From Candidatus Pacebacteria bacterium CG10_big_fil_rev_8_21_14_0_10_56_10 (lineage in GTDB: Bacteria; Patescibacteriota; Microgenomatia; UBA1400; PJMF01), in assembly GCA_002772645.1 (NCBI GenBank), contig PFDK01000003.1, positions 1 to 40,492 of the forward strand: a DNA stretch of 40,492 nucleotides, given 5' to 3'. The position numbers and the translations under genes were made by a program. Below the pieces are notes generated by a model, which had not been told where the DNA came from, did no database searches, and saw only the letters and a program-made list of their open reading frames with translations. Positions 1 through 8,853 of the stretch are shown here, piece by piece (within the stretch, counting starts at the first letter, position 1; each line of letters opens with the position of its first letter).

Positions 1-1601
1 TCGAAGGCGTTGAAGTCCTTGACGTGGAACGAGACGGTGAAGCGGCCCGGCGGTACCTTGCCTGTTAAAGCGTACAGCGGGGCGTTGGTACCCCAGATGA
101 ACAGTTGGGGGTCCTGACTGCCAGCGATGATAGCCGCCGCCCGGTAGTTGTCGGCCGTCAAAGCGTCAAACGAGTTGAAGTAATCCGTTCGAGAAAGCTG
201 GCCGCCGACAAACTCCAAGCTGCGCCGATAGTAGCTCAAGGTGGGGTAGAAACCTACTTGCAGCAGTTGCAGAACTTGCCACAGGCCGGCCAGCAGGACC
301 AGGCCGATAGTTGTCTCGGCGAGCAGGTAGCGGCGGTACTTGAGGAGTTGACTAGACTTGCGGGCGGCAGACTTTTTGGCAGCGGCAGGGCCGGCCCAGC
401 CAAGGTGCTGGCCGATCAGTCCCACCACCAGTCCCCCGCTCAAGGCCAGTCCTGGGACAACCTGCTGAAAGTAGTGGGGGTAAGGCCGGTTAGACAGCAG
501 GGCGGCGAACAAGGCCAGCACCAGCCAGCTGGCCGCGAACTGGAAAGCCGGTCTGACCCGGCCGCGCAAAATTGTCAGCAGCCCCACCAGGCCGCCGGCC
601 AGCGCCGCTTTGCCGCCCAGACTGAACAGCCCGACCAGCAGCGGTCCGTCGAACGGCAGTCCGAAGGCTTGGGAGTAACGGAAGTTGTACAGCAGGCCGA
701 ACTCCAGGTAATCTGGTACGGCGCCCAGCAGGGCAAAGTAGCCGATCGAAGCGGCAATAGCTGCCGCCATGCCTACCCCAATCAAGCTAGTCCGGGCCAG
801 TACTTGGCGGGCTAGCCGCCGCCAGTTGGCAAACTGCTGTTTGGTCCAGGGCCAGCGGTTGGGCACGGCGTTGGTAAGCGTAAACCAGCTGACGCTGATC
901 AGCGCCACCGCGTCAAACACTGCCGGCACTTTAGTCAGCACCGCCAGCCCCAGCAACAGACCGGCCGCCAGGTAAAGTACGGCATCGTGGGTGTTGGTCA
1001 GTACATCTGCCAGCGCTTGCTGGAGTGATCGGGCCTGGGACTTGACTTGCTTAGCCTGGGCTAATCTCAGGCCGGCCAGTGACAGCTGACCGCTGGCCAG
1101 CCGGCGGCTATCTTCGAAAAATCCCGAGTAGAACTTGGTGTACGACAGCAACAAGGCCGCCACCATCACAAAGCCAATCACGAACAGCTCGCCATTGGGA
1201 ATGTTGCCTTCAAAAGCGGGAATGCTGGTCAAGATGACGAAAGTCAGGGTGGCCAAGAACGCCGGTCCCAGCCGCGAGAAAATTTTGAGGCTTAAGTGGT
1301 AGAAAGCGATGGTGGTGACGATCATCCAGCCCGTCAATAGTACCCGGAAACTGAACTGGTCGGGCACTAAGCTGAGCAAGTAGATGACCGGCGTTTTGTG
1401 GTCGACGATGTCGGTGTAGAGAGTAGCGCCTTGGCGCAAAGCGTTGCCGATGGTCAGGTAGATGGCCTCGTCGCCGTACCAGACCGGCTCCAGGAAATTG
1501 GGCAGGCGCAGTACCACCAGCACTAGCAACAGAACCAACAGCGGCAGCTCACGGTCTAGCGCCGCGTCCCAACCACGCAGTCGGGCAACGAATTTGGTCA
1601 C
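1..1601 (-). CDS. Membrane glycosyltransferase, GT-C/ArnT/PMT-like (3' end runs off the window)
   Basis: Absent from the ORF track, consistent with no stop inside the window. Hand translation from GTG 1601: MTKFVARLRGWDAALDRELPLLVLLLVLVVLRLPNFLEPVWYGDEAIYLTIGNALRQGATLYTDIVDHKTP; the same frame reads ...QLFIWGTNAPLYALTGKVPPGRFTVSFHVKDFNAF at the left edge. DE motif after TM1, DHKxP motif, many hydrophobic segments. Confidence 0.8.
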   Translation of the reverse strand, partial: MTKFVARLRGWDAALDRELPLLVLLLVLVVLRLPNFLEPVWYGDEAIYLTIGNALRQGATLYTDIVDHKTPVIYLLSLVPDQFSFRVLLTGWMIVTTIAFYHLSLKIFSRLGPAFLATLTFVILTSIPAFEGNIPNGELFVIGFVMVAALLLSYTKFYSGFFEDSRRLASGQLSLAGLRLAQAKQVKSQARSLQQALADVLTNTHDAVLYLAAGLLLGLAVLTKVPAVFDAVALISVSWFTLTNAVPNRWPWTKQQFANWRRLARQVLARTSLIGVGMAAAIAASIGYFALLGAVPDYLEFGLLYNFRYSQAFGLPFDGPLLVGLFSLGGKAALAGGLVGLLTILRGRVRPAFQFAASWLVLALFAALLSNRPYPHYFQQVVPGLALSGGLVVGLIGQHLGWAGPAAAKKSAARKSSQLLKYRRYLLAETTIGLVLLAGLWQVLQLLQVGFYPTLSYYRRSLEFVGGQLSRTDYFNSFDALTADNYRAAAIIAGSQDPQLFIWGTNAPLYALTGKVPPGRFTVSFHVKDFNAF

Positions 1602-1700
1602 CTTGCCATTATGCCGAATCAAAAGCCGGTTGTCAGCGGGAAACCAGCCAGCTCCGTGCAACCGGCGGCTTGGGAAACCGGCGGCGGCCGAGCAGTACGC

Positions 1701-3197
1701 TCAGACCTTCTCGGTGACCCGGTACTCGATGTAGCGGCCCAACATCAGCCGAGTGTGGGCGTCGATCCCCGGCAGGGCTGAGAAAAAGAAACCGATCACC
1801 GGCAGCATCAGGAACTCGAGCGGCTGGAGGATGACCGACAGCACTCGGCGGCGGCGCGGCCGGGGCGGCCGGTTGATGGCGTCGATCACGAACACTGTCA
1901 CCATCGACACCAACGACAGCGTCAGCAAAGTAGAAGTGACCTGCGGCAAAGTTTTGCCCAGCACCGTTCGGCTGAACTGATCATTGAGCAGCGGCGGCAA
2001 CATTGCCGAGATGGTGATCGCAAACCAGTTGACCGGCCACAAGAAATGGTCCTCGATCACTTTGAACACCCGGATAGTTTTGTCCAGGAACGGCACGTCC
2101 TCAGCCAGGATGTACTGGCGGATGATGTAGGCATCGTCGCTAACTCCCCAGGCCCAGCGCTTGAGCTGTTCGTACTGGTTGATGTACGACTGCCAGGTGC
2201 CCTGGGCCTCAGGAGCGTCGGCGGTGATCGGCAGGAAAATGGGCTTGACCTCAAACTGGCCTTTTTTGGCGAAGTACGACTTAAAGAACAACCGGTAGTC
2301 CTCGGGGATGACGTCGGTGTCCCAGTAGCCGATGTCATCGACGTGCTTGAGCGTAGTGGAGTAAGTGGAGAAGTTGACTAGCCGGTCCTGGCGCATCAGC
2401 ACGTACATCTGGGTCACCGAGAAAATTGAGGCCAGCACCCTGATGGGCGCCGGTACTTGCCAGATGTTGTTGTAAAACACGATCACGCCCTGCCAGATCA
2501 AGTTGTACGGCTGGTCGCTCTTGAGGAACTCGAACGTTAAGTTGGCAAAGTAATGGTGGTGAAGGATGGCGTCGGCGTCTTCGCTGGTGATGGTGATGTT
2601 GCCGATGGGGATACCCTGCCGGTCGACCAGCAGTTTTTTGGCTTGTTTGGCGCCCCAGCTGGTGTTGGCCGACTTGCCTTTAACTTCGCCGGTGATGTCG
2701 GGGTGAAAAGTGGTCCAGAAGTTCCCAAATATCTGGCCGTACTTCTCCTGGAGGTGAGCGGCTTTGTCTCGGGCGGGCTTGCCTTCGCGCTCTTCGAACG
2801 ACACCATTACGTGAAGATTGGTCAGCGGCATCGACTGTTGTAGTAAGGCATCGATAGTTCGCTCCAGGGTGGCTTGCGGCTCGGTAAAGGTAGGGATGAT
2901 GACCAGGTGATGGATCTGGCGCCAACGCTGGGGAAAGGTCTTGTCCAGGTCAGCGATCCAGTCAAAGTTGACGGCGGCCTTGATCTTGAGGTGGGCGATG
3001 ACCGAGCCGACCGCTAACGACACCGACCGGAACAGCCAGTACACGGTAAAAGCGATCACGTAGTAGGCCACCAGAGTAGGCACGATCAGCGATCCCCAGA
3101 TAGGAAAGAGGATGAAAAACCAGGAGAACGCCCCCGGCAGGATCTCGAGGGCGCGTTGGGTCCGGACCGGGTGTCGGCGGACGTATCGCTTGAGCAT
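1701..3197 (-). CDS. Membrane-embedded processive GT2 glycosyltransferase
   Basis: EDADA (DxD), VIPED, QLKRW (QxxRW) motifs; N- and C-terminal TM helices. Confidence 0.85.
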   Translation of the reverse strand: MLKRYVRRHPVRTQRALEILPGAFSWFFILFPIWGSLIVPTLVAYYVIAFTVYWLFRSVSLAVGSVIAHLKIKAAVNFDWIADLDKTFPQRWRQIHHLVIIPTFTEPQATLERTIDALLQQSMPLTNLHVMVSFEEREGKPARDKAAHLQEKYGQIFGNFWTTFHPDITGEVKGKSANTSWGAKQAKKLLVDRQGIPIGNITITSEDADAILHHHYFANLTFEFLKSDQPYNLIWQGVIVFYNNIWQVPAPIRVLASIFSVTQMYVLMRQDRLVNFSTYSTTLKHVDDIGYWDTDVIPEDYRLFFKSYFAKKGQFEVKPIFLPITADAPEAQGTWQSYINQYEQLKRWAWGVSDDAYIIRQYILAEDVPFLDKTIRVFKVIEDHFLWPVNWFAITISAMLPPLLNDQFSRTVLGKTLPQVTSTLLTLSLVSMVTVFVIDAINRPPRPRRRRVLSVILQPLEFLMLPVIGFFFSALPGIDAHTRLMLGRYIEYRVTEKV

Positions 3198-3391
3198 TGG
3201 GGGTATTATACGTGGTTGGGGCGGGTAGGGCAGGTAAGGGAGGCAGACGAGTCGAGGTGATCTTCAATCCTGAGGCAATTTAATTATGCCTAATTATGCC
3301 AATGTAGGCATTTTTTAACACCTTTTTTTGGGGTTCTCAAACGATGGGCCGTTAGTGGGCCATTTTGACCCACGCTTTGAAACAGTGTTTT

Positions 3392-4243
3392 TTAAGACAC
3401 TAAAATTTTTGAGGACAAATTGTGAAAGCACGTCAAGGTATTTTGACAAAGTTCGTCGAGTGAAAGGTTGAGTTGATGGTGGAGGTACTGGGCGGTGTCA
3501 GCAACCATCCAGGGTAGGCAAGTTTGGCCGCGGTGTGATTGAGGCGGTAGGAAAGGGGCGTCGGTCTCGACGAGGAGGCGGTCGGGCGGGATCATAGTAA
3601 CCAGCTGGCGCAGGCCGTCGGCACTCGGGTAGGTAACGTTGCCGGCTAGGCCGACGTACGCGCCCAGCTCGAGCGCCTGCTTGAGGTACTTCTCAGGCCC
3701 GGAAACGCAGTGGAGGATGAACGGCCAGCGGCCAGGGTGGTTTTCTTTAAGAATAGATAAAGCGTCCCAGTGGGCCTCGCTGTCGCGGTCCCTGATGTGG
3801 ATGATGACGGGCAGGTCAAGCTTGCCGGCTAGTTCCAGCTGGGCGGCAAAGAGTTGTTGCTGACTGTGCTTGAGCTGTTGGGCCTGGGATGGCACGCTGG
3901 GCAGGCGCAAGTAGTCCAGGCCGGTTTCGCCAACGGCAACAATCAGCTCGCTGCGATCTTTGGCAAGCTCCTCGAGTTCCTGGATGCCGCCGCCATCTTG
4001 ACTATGAATAGGGTGGATGCCGATGACAGCCCCCAGGCCAGGCACTTTAGCGGCGATGTCGATACTACGCCGACTAGTCTCAACGGTAGTGGCCGCCACT
4101 ACTCCACCTACCACCCCTTTTTGTCGAGCGATCTGCCAATGACGGCGCCAATCACCTTCAGGCGGCTGTTGGGACCAAGGCGCGGCCCGACCGCTCCACA
4201 ACGGCTCCAAGTTGTAGTGGACGTGGCTGTCGATGATCCTCAT
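3392..4243 (-). CDS. tatD: TatD family DNase
   Basis: IDSHVH, GIHP, GETGLDY, HIRD, LHC, ETDAPFL motifs; directly downstream of metG (known synteny). Confidence 0.93.
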   Translation of the reverse strand: MRIIDSHVHYNLEPLWSGRAAPWSQQPPEGDWRRHWQIARQKGVVGGVVAATTVETSRRSIDIAAKVPGLGAVIGIHPIHSQDGGGIQELEELAKDRSELIVAVGETGLDYLRLPSVPSQAQQLKHSQQQLFAAQLELAGKLDLPVIIHIRDRDSEAHWDALSILKENHPGRWPFILHCVSGPEKYLKQALELGAYVGLAGNVTYPSADGLRQLVTMIPPDRLLVETDAPFLPPQSHRGQTCLPWMVADTAQYLHHQLNLSLDELCQNTLTCFHNLSSKILVS

Positions 4244-4249
4244 GGCCGG

Positions 4250-5752
4250 CTACGACTGCTCCAGGCGAGGGAAAAGTGGCGCCAGCGCAGCGACGCGCTG
4301 TTGGCGAAAATGCTCCAGGATAGCGCGGCTGGTTTGCGGCAGGAAAGGGCGCAGGTTGGTAGCAATCTGGACGATTTGCTGGACGGCCGCCCGCAGTACT
4401 TCGGCTTGAGCTTCGACTCGCTTGGTCCAGGGGGCAGTGTCGCTCAGGAACTGGTCGGCGGCGGCTACTCGCTGGTTGATTATCTCCAGCGCTTCACCGA
4501 GCTCTAGTTCGTCCAGCCGAGCGGCTACCTGCGGACTGAAAGCCGGCAGCTGGTCCGCGCCCGCCTGGCCATCCCCGCCGGCCAGGCCAGCTCGGTGACA
4601 AAGGGCCGCCACCCGTGAACAAAGGTTACCCAAGCCGTTGGCCAGTTCGGCAGTGTAAAGGCGCTCAAAACTGTCGTAACTAAAGTCACCGTCGCCGTGA
4701 CTGGGAATGTAGCGCAGTAAGTAGTAGCGGACAGGCTCCAGGCCGTAGCGCTCGATCAGTTGGAAAGGATCGACCACGTTACCTAGGCTTTTGCTCATCT
4801 TGCGCCCGTCGGCAGTCAGGAAGCCGTGGACCGAGATGGCTTTGGGCAGGGGCAGTCCCGCCGACAGCAGGATAGCCGGCCAGTAGACGGCGTGAAAACG
4901 GAGAATGTCCTTGCCGATGAAGTGAACGTCGGCCGGCCAGAACCGCAGCCAGCGCTGGTGGTCGTAACCCCAGCCCAGCGCCGTCATGTAGATCGTCAAA
5001 GCGTCAAACCAGACGTACATCACTTGGCTATCGTCGCCCGGCACTGGTACGCCTACTCCTCGCGCCCGCCCGGCTCGGCGCGAGACGCTGAAGTCCTCCA
5101 GCCCCTGATCGATAAAGCTCAAGACCTCTTTTTTAAACTTCTCCGAGACGATCTTGAGCTGGTCGGTCTCGATCAGCAGACGCAGCTGCCGCTGGTACTT
5201 GGACAGCCGAAAAAAGTAGTTCTCTTCCGAGACTTGTTGGGGCGACTCCTGATGTTGGGGACAACGGCCATCTACCAGCTCTTCGGGCTTGTAGAAACAC
5301 TCACAGCCCACGCAGTACAGGCCGGTGTAGGTTTTTTTGTACAGATCGCCGGCTTGGTCGGTGGCCCGCCACAACTGCTGGACGCCGGGCCAGTGCTTGG
5401 TTTGGTCACTACCGCGGCGAAACTCATCCAGCTCGATACCAAGACGCTGGTAGGCATCTTGAAAAATCTGGGCGTACTTGTCGAGCCAGTCCGAGACCGG
5501 TACACCGGCCTTTTCCGCGGCCTGGACGTTTTTCAGGCTGTTTTCGTCGGCGCCGGAAGTAAACATGACGCGCTTGCCCAGCAGCCGCTGGTAGCGGTTG
5601 ATGACGTCGGCTTGGAACCACTCCAGGACGTGGCCGATGTGCGGCCGGGCGTTGACGTACGGGATGGCAGTGGTCAGGTGGAAGCGGTCGGCGCGTTTAG
5701 CGGGTTTGGTAAGTTTGGCGCGTTTAGTGGGTTGAGCATTTGGTGAAGTCAT
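4250..5752 (-). CDS. metG: Methionine--tRNA ligase (short form without C-terminal tRNA-binding domain)
   Basis: TTAIPYVN..PHIGH, CVGCEC..CPQH Zn knuckle, YVWFDAL, GKDILRFH, KMSKSLGN. Start placed at ATG 5752 (MTSPN); the longer 5944 ORF overlaps apt. Confidence 0.96.
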   Translation of the reverse strand: MTSPNAQPTKRAKLTKPAKRADRFHLTTAIPYVNARPHIGHVLEWFQADVINRYQRLLGKRVMFTSGADENSLKNVQAAEKAGVPVSDWLDKYAQIFQDAYQRLGIELDEFRRGSDQTKHWPGVQQLWRATDQAGDLYKKTYTGLYCVGCECFYKPEELVDGRCPQHQESPQQVSEENYFFRLSKYQRQLRLLIETDQLKIVSEKFKKEVLSFIDQGLEDFSVSRRAGRARGVGVPVPGDDSQVMYVWFDALTIYMTALGWGYDHQRWLRFWPADVHFIGKDILRFHAVYWPAILLSAGLPLPKAISVHGFLTADGRKMSKSLGNVVDPFQLIERYGLEPVRYYLLRYIPSHGDGDFSYDSFERLYTAELANGLGNLCSRVAALCHRAGLAGGDGQAGADQLPAFSPQVAARLDELELGEALEIINQRVAAADQFLSDTAPWTKRVEAQAEVLRAAVQQIVQIATNLRPFLPQTSRAILEHFRQQRVAALAPLFPRLEQS

Positions 5753-5774
5753 GGCGCCTTTCGATTGTCTCACA

Positions 5775-5840
5775 ACTAAAAAACCCCGCGGCGCGAGGCT
5801 TTTCACACCAGCACCTCGCGCTTTACAGTAGCGGCGGTGA
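5775..5840 (-). terminator. Intrinsic terminator with overlapping antiterminator between apt and metG
   Basis: Minus strand AAAAGCCTCGC-GCC-GCGGGGTTTTTT stem plus U-run; competing stem GCGCGAGG (5821-5814) / CCTCGCGC (5798-5791). Confidence 0.6.
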
Positions 5841-6437
5841 TTAGTCATCGTTGTCGATAAACACCGGCAGGTGGCCCAGCGCGATGACGTCGGACCACTT
5901 GGCGCGGTCGCCTTCGGTGAATATTGCCGCTTCCGCGACCACATCAGCCTGTGCCTGAATCGTGACGAGCCGCATCCCCTGTAGGGTACTTCCCGTGGAG
6001 ATCACGTCATCAATCAAAATGACGCGCTTACCCACCACCAACTGGCGGTCTTTCTCATCGAGGAACAGTGTCTGCGGCTCACCCGTCGTGATGCTCAGCG
6101 TTTCGGCACTCATCGCGTTGCCCATGTACGGCTTATACTTTTTTCGCAAAACGACGTACGGCAGATCCAACTCAACGGCCAGCGCGTAAATTAAAGGAAT
6201 ACCCTTAGCCTCAGCCGTGACCAGAATGTCCGGTCGATAACTCTTTAACTTCGGCGCCAACTCTTTACTGACGGCCTGCACCAACTCGGTATCCCCGAGA
6301 ATGTTGAGAATGGCGATGCGCACGCCGGGCTTGATTTCAAACAGGCGTAAATCACGCTGAACACCGGCCACTGTGACCGGATAGGTGTCGTGCCGGGGTG
6401 CTGGGGACGGCTCTTTGTGTTGTGATCTCTCAGTCAT
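5841..6437 (-). CDS. apt: Adenine/purine phosphoribosyltransferase family protein
   Basis: EAKGIP, VVLRK and PRPP-binding VILIDDVISTGSTL motifs. Start at ATG 6437 (6461 also possible). Confidence 0.8.
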   Translation of the reverse strand: MTERSQHKEPSPAPRHDTYPVTVAGVQRDLRLFEIKPGVRIAILNILGDTELVQAVSKELAPKLKSYRPDILVTAEAKGIPLIYALAVELDLPYVVLRKKYKPYMGNAMSAETLSITTGEPQTLFLDEKDRQLVVGKRVILIDDVISTGSTLQGMRLVTIQAQADVVAEAAIFTEGDRAKWSDVIALGHLPVFIDNDD

Positions 6438-6462
6438 GCTTAACGACTGATATGGTATCACA

Positions 6463-6722
6463 TCAGGTCAGCGAGCCGGACGCGCTCGATCAGTGTCCAG
6501 CGGTCAAAATAGTCACGACCTTGTCCTGGTGATCAATGCCGTAATAATTCTAAACCGGCCCAACCGATAGACATACTTTCCGGTTAAGGTGCGAGTAAGT
6601 GGCTTGCCGGCCCTGGGGTTTTCTCGAAGTTCTCCGAGCGCTGAGATCACTGCCCGCCGATAAAGACGTTTAAGGTTCTTGAGTTCTGAGCGAGCTTGGG
6701 CAGCGACAACAACCCGGTACAT
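6463..6722 (-). pseudogene. relE: RelE/ParE toxin with a frameshift and an in-frame stop
   Basis: MYRVVV..ARSELKNL..LRENPRAGKPL..YVYRLGRFRII, then a missing T near 6543. The restored frame reads YGIDHQDKVVTILTAGH, followed by TGA (6492-6490) where the conserved GHR Arg is expected. Confidence 0.85.
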
Positions 6723-6997
6723 TACTTACCGAGCCTGAGTTCTTTTTTCAGCTCTGCTAAGCTGTATACCTTTCCCTGAGATACGTCTTTCTCCCCCTTG
6801 GCAATGGCGCCTAAGAGATGTTGGTCGCTTTCAATCCAGTTCGTTTCTTTCCATGACTCAAACTCATCGGCAGAAATCAAGACAGCCGCCGGTTTACCAT
6901 TAACAGTGATCACATACTCATCCAGCTTACTCTTGGCGTTGTTGACAAGAGTGGCGAGCTGTTCACGCACTTGGCTGATTGGCAGTGTTCTGATCAC
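6722..6997 (-). CDS. Phd/YefM family antitoxin
   Basis: LPISQVREQLATLV..YVITVNGKPAAVLISADEFESWKET; TAATG overlap with the toxin. Confidence 0.92.
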   Translation of the reverse strand: MIRTLPISQVREQLATLVNNAKSKLDEYVITVNGKPAAVLISADEFESWKETNWIESDQHLLGAIAKGEKDVSQGKVYSLAELKKELRLGK

Positions 6998-7004
6998 ATC
7001 TTTA

Positions 7005-7027
7005 ATAGTACAAAATTAAGTACAAAA
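7005..7027 (-). promoter_or_regulatory. TA autoregulatory operator and -10 box
   Basis: Two AGTACAAAA units with cores at 7007-7012 and 7019-7024 (12-bp spacing). The first overlaps -10 TACTAT (7010-7005). Resembles the TGTACA cores of yefM-yoeB operators. Confidence 0.7.
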
Positions 7028-7090
7028 GATCATTCATTAGCTAGTTGATGCCTAGCTTAAGGATTGCGGCGCCGGGCCGAAAAGTAAGAC

Positions 7091-7540
7091 TTAACGACTT
7101 CGAAGTTTACAAAGGATTACAGCCGTAATCTCCACAACTGCTAGTACTATTGCTATCACTGCAAACACTTCGGCAGTCAGCACCACCGCTTGAAGTTTCA
7201 AGAACAGTAGAGTGGTCACTCCCAGCGCCACCAGCAAACCACGGCGAGTGTGGAGCAAGGCAAAGGCGGCACTGAAGAACGCGCCCAGGAACACCACGCC
7301 CAGCAGTGGGAGGTAAGCGGTAGGAACAAGGAAGTCACGGATGGCCGCCGGCTGGACGTTGCCCAGGATAAATCCGGTCAGGCTGTAGAACAGCACCCCT
7401 AGGAACAGCAGTGGCAAGTGGCGCAGGTACCGCTTGGAGCGCGGCGGCGATGGTGTGGCGTGGCGGTCAGAGCGGTCACGGCGGCCGGCTTTGCCCCGAC
7501 CGCTCTTTTTAAGCCGAGATTTACCTTTGGGTGGTGTCAT
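7091..7540 (-). CDS. Hypothetical 4-TM membrane protein with a basic N-terminus
   Basis: ORF from MTPPKG; four hydrophobic segments. Confidence 0.7.
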   Translation of the reverse strand: MTPPKGKSRLKKSGRGKAGRRDRSDRHATPSPPRSKRYLRHLPLLFLGVLFYSLTGFILGNVQPAAIRDFLVPTAYLPLLGVVFLGAFFSAAFALLHTRRGLLVALGVTTLLFLKLQAVVLTAEVFAVIAIVLAVVEITAVILCKLRSR

Positions 7541-7713
7541 GTTTTTTTGGTTGCTGGGCGGTAATTGAAATAACTGGAACCTGGCAACCAAGCAGTTCAA
7601 TTTTAGACTAAATGCTTGCCTGCCAATATGGTGAGTCCCGTGTTGCCGCTACTGACTCTTTGGCTCTATCCTAAGTTCTCGCCACCCAGCCCACTTGTCA
7701 GTATACTAAGGAC

Positions 7714-8853
7714 GTGTCTACCGAGCTGCTAATCGTCCTACTCGTCATCGTGGCCGGCTTTGCCGGCTTGTATTGGCTGCTGCGCCAGCACTTGGCCGAC
7801 CAGCGCACCGGACCGGAAGAGCTGGAAAACCTGGTCAACCGCGTTTTTGGCCAGAGCGCTCAGAAAATTGCCGAGCAGAGCCGGCATATTCTCCAGGGAG
7901 AGAAAGAGACCATTAAAGTAGACCTCGACAACAAGCATAAAACCATCGAAAAACTGGTCAAAACTCTCCAGGATGACATCAAAGTTCGTCAGCAGGAGAT
8001 CCGCGGCATCGAGCAGGACCGGACGCGCAAGTTTAGCGAGCTGACCTCGGCGCTGGAACAGCATCGCAAACTGACCGACGAGCTCAACGTCTCCACCCAA
8101 GAGCTGGCCAAGGTGCTGTCCAACAACCAGCAGCGCGGTGAGTGGGGCGAGCGGATTATCGAGGACCTGTTGACCTCCCATGGATTGAGGGAGGGCAAGC
8201 ACTACCGGCGGCAATCCACGATGGGTACTGGACTGCGGCCGGACATTACCCTGCTTTTGCCCAACAACCGGACCGTGCCGATCGACGTCAAGTTTCCCTA
8301 CTCTGCCATCCAGCACATGTCGCGGGCCGATACCAAGGCTGGTAAACTGCAGTACCGCAAGCAGTTTAGCCGGGACGTCCGGCAAAAGATCGACAAAGTA
8401 GCCGAGTACATCAGCCCGGCAGACGACACCCTGGACTACGCCATCCTGTTTGTGCCCAACGAGATGATCTTTTCGTTCATCAACCAGCAGTTCCCAGAGC
8501 TGGTGGATCGGGCCATCGCTCGGCGGGTGCTGATGGTGTCGCCGTTTACGTTCCTGATCGTGGCCCGGACGGTGATGGAGAGCTATCGCAACTTCATGAT
8601 CAGTGATAAGTTAAGAGATGTGATTGGCTACGTTGATGACTTTGTGGGCGAGTGGGGCAAGTTTAAGGACCAGTTCGAGAAGTACGGCCGGTCAATTGCC
8701 ACCCTGCAGAGCGACTACGAAGCGCTGACGGGCACGCGGGTTAGACAGATGGAGCGCAAGGTGAAGCGAATCGAGGACTACGGGGTAGCTAAGCTGGAAG
8801 AGGACAAGCAGCTAGAGGAAACTGGCCAGTTGGGATTGGAGAAGGGGGAGTAA
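7714..8853 (+). CDS. rmuC: DNA recombination protein RmuC
   Basis: N-terminal TM, coiled coil, RGEWGE, RPD..IDVKFP, LFVPNE, SPFT motifs. Confidence 0.93.
   Translation: MSTELLIVLLVIVAGFAGLYWLLRQHLADQRTGPEELENLVNRVFGQSAQKIAEQSRHILQGEKETIKVDLDNKHKTIEKLVKTLQDDIKVRQQEIRGIEQDRTRKFSELTSALEQHRKLTDELNVSTQELAKVLSNNQQRGEWGERIIEDLLTSHGLREGKHYRRQSTMGTGLRPDITLLLPNNRTVPIDVKFPYSAIQHMSRADTKAGKLQYRKQFSRDVRQKIDKVAEYISPADDTLDYAILFVPNEMIFSFINQQFPELVDRAIARRVLMVSPFTFLIVARTVMESYRNFMISDKLRDVIGYVDDFVGEWGKFKDQFEKYGRSIATLQSDYEALTGTRVRQMERKVKRIEDYGVAKLEEDKQLEETGQLGLEKGE

Noticed and set aside
105-975. Plus-strand ORFs 105-815 and 769-975
   Set aside because: Antisense shadows of the minus-strand GT-C gene, which has recognisable motifs.
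4826-5746. 306-aa plus-strand ORF and similar long antisense ORFs (7738-8385, 14454-15275, 18586-19680)
   Set aside because: They mirror well-supported genes, as expected from GC-rich codon bias, and have no motifs.
5753-5850. T-box or SAM riboswitch upstream of metG
   Set aside because: No T-box GGTGGnACC sequence, too short for stem I, and no SAM-I/II core recognised.
5753-5944. 64-aa N-terminal extension of MetG
   Set aside because: It overlaps apt by about 100 nt and contains terminator-like structure; ATG 5752 fits better, although 5848 is not excluded.
6490-6492. TGA recoding (genetic code 25) in relE
   Set aside because: TGA terminates many intact genes here (frr, rfbA, dinB), the expected residue is Arg, and the gene is also frameshifted.
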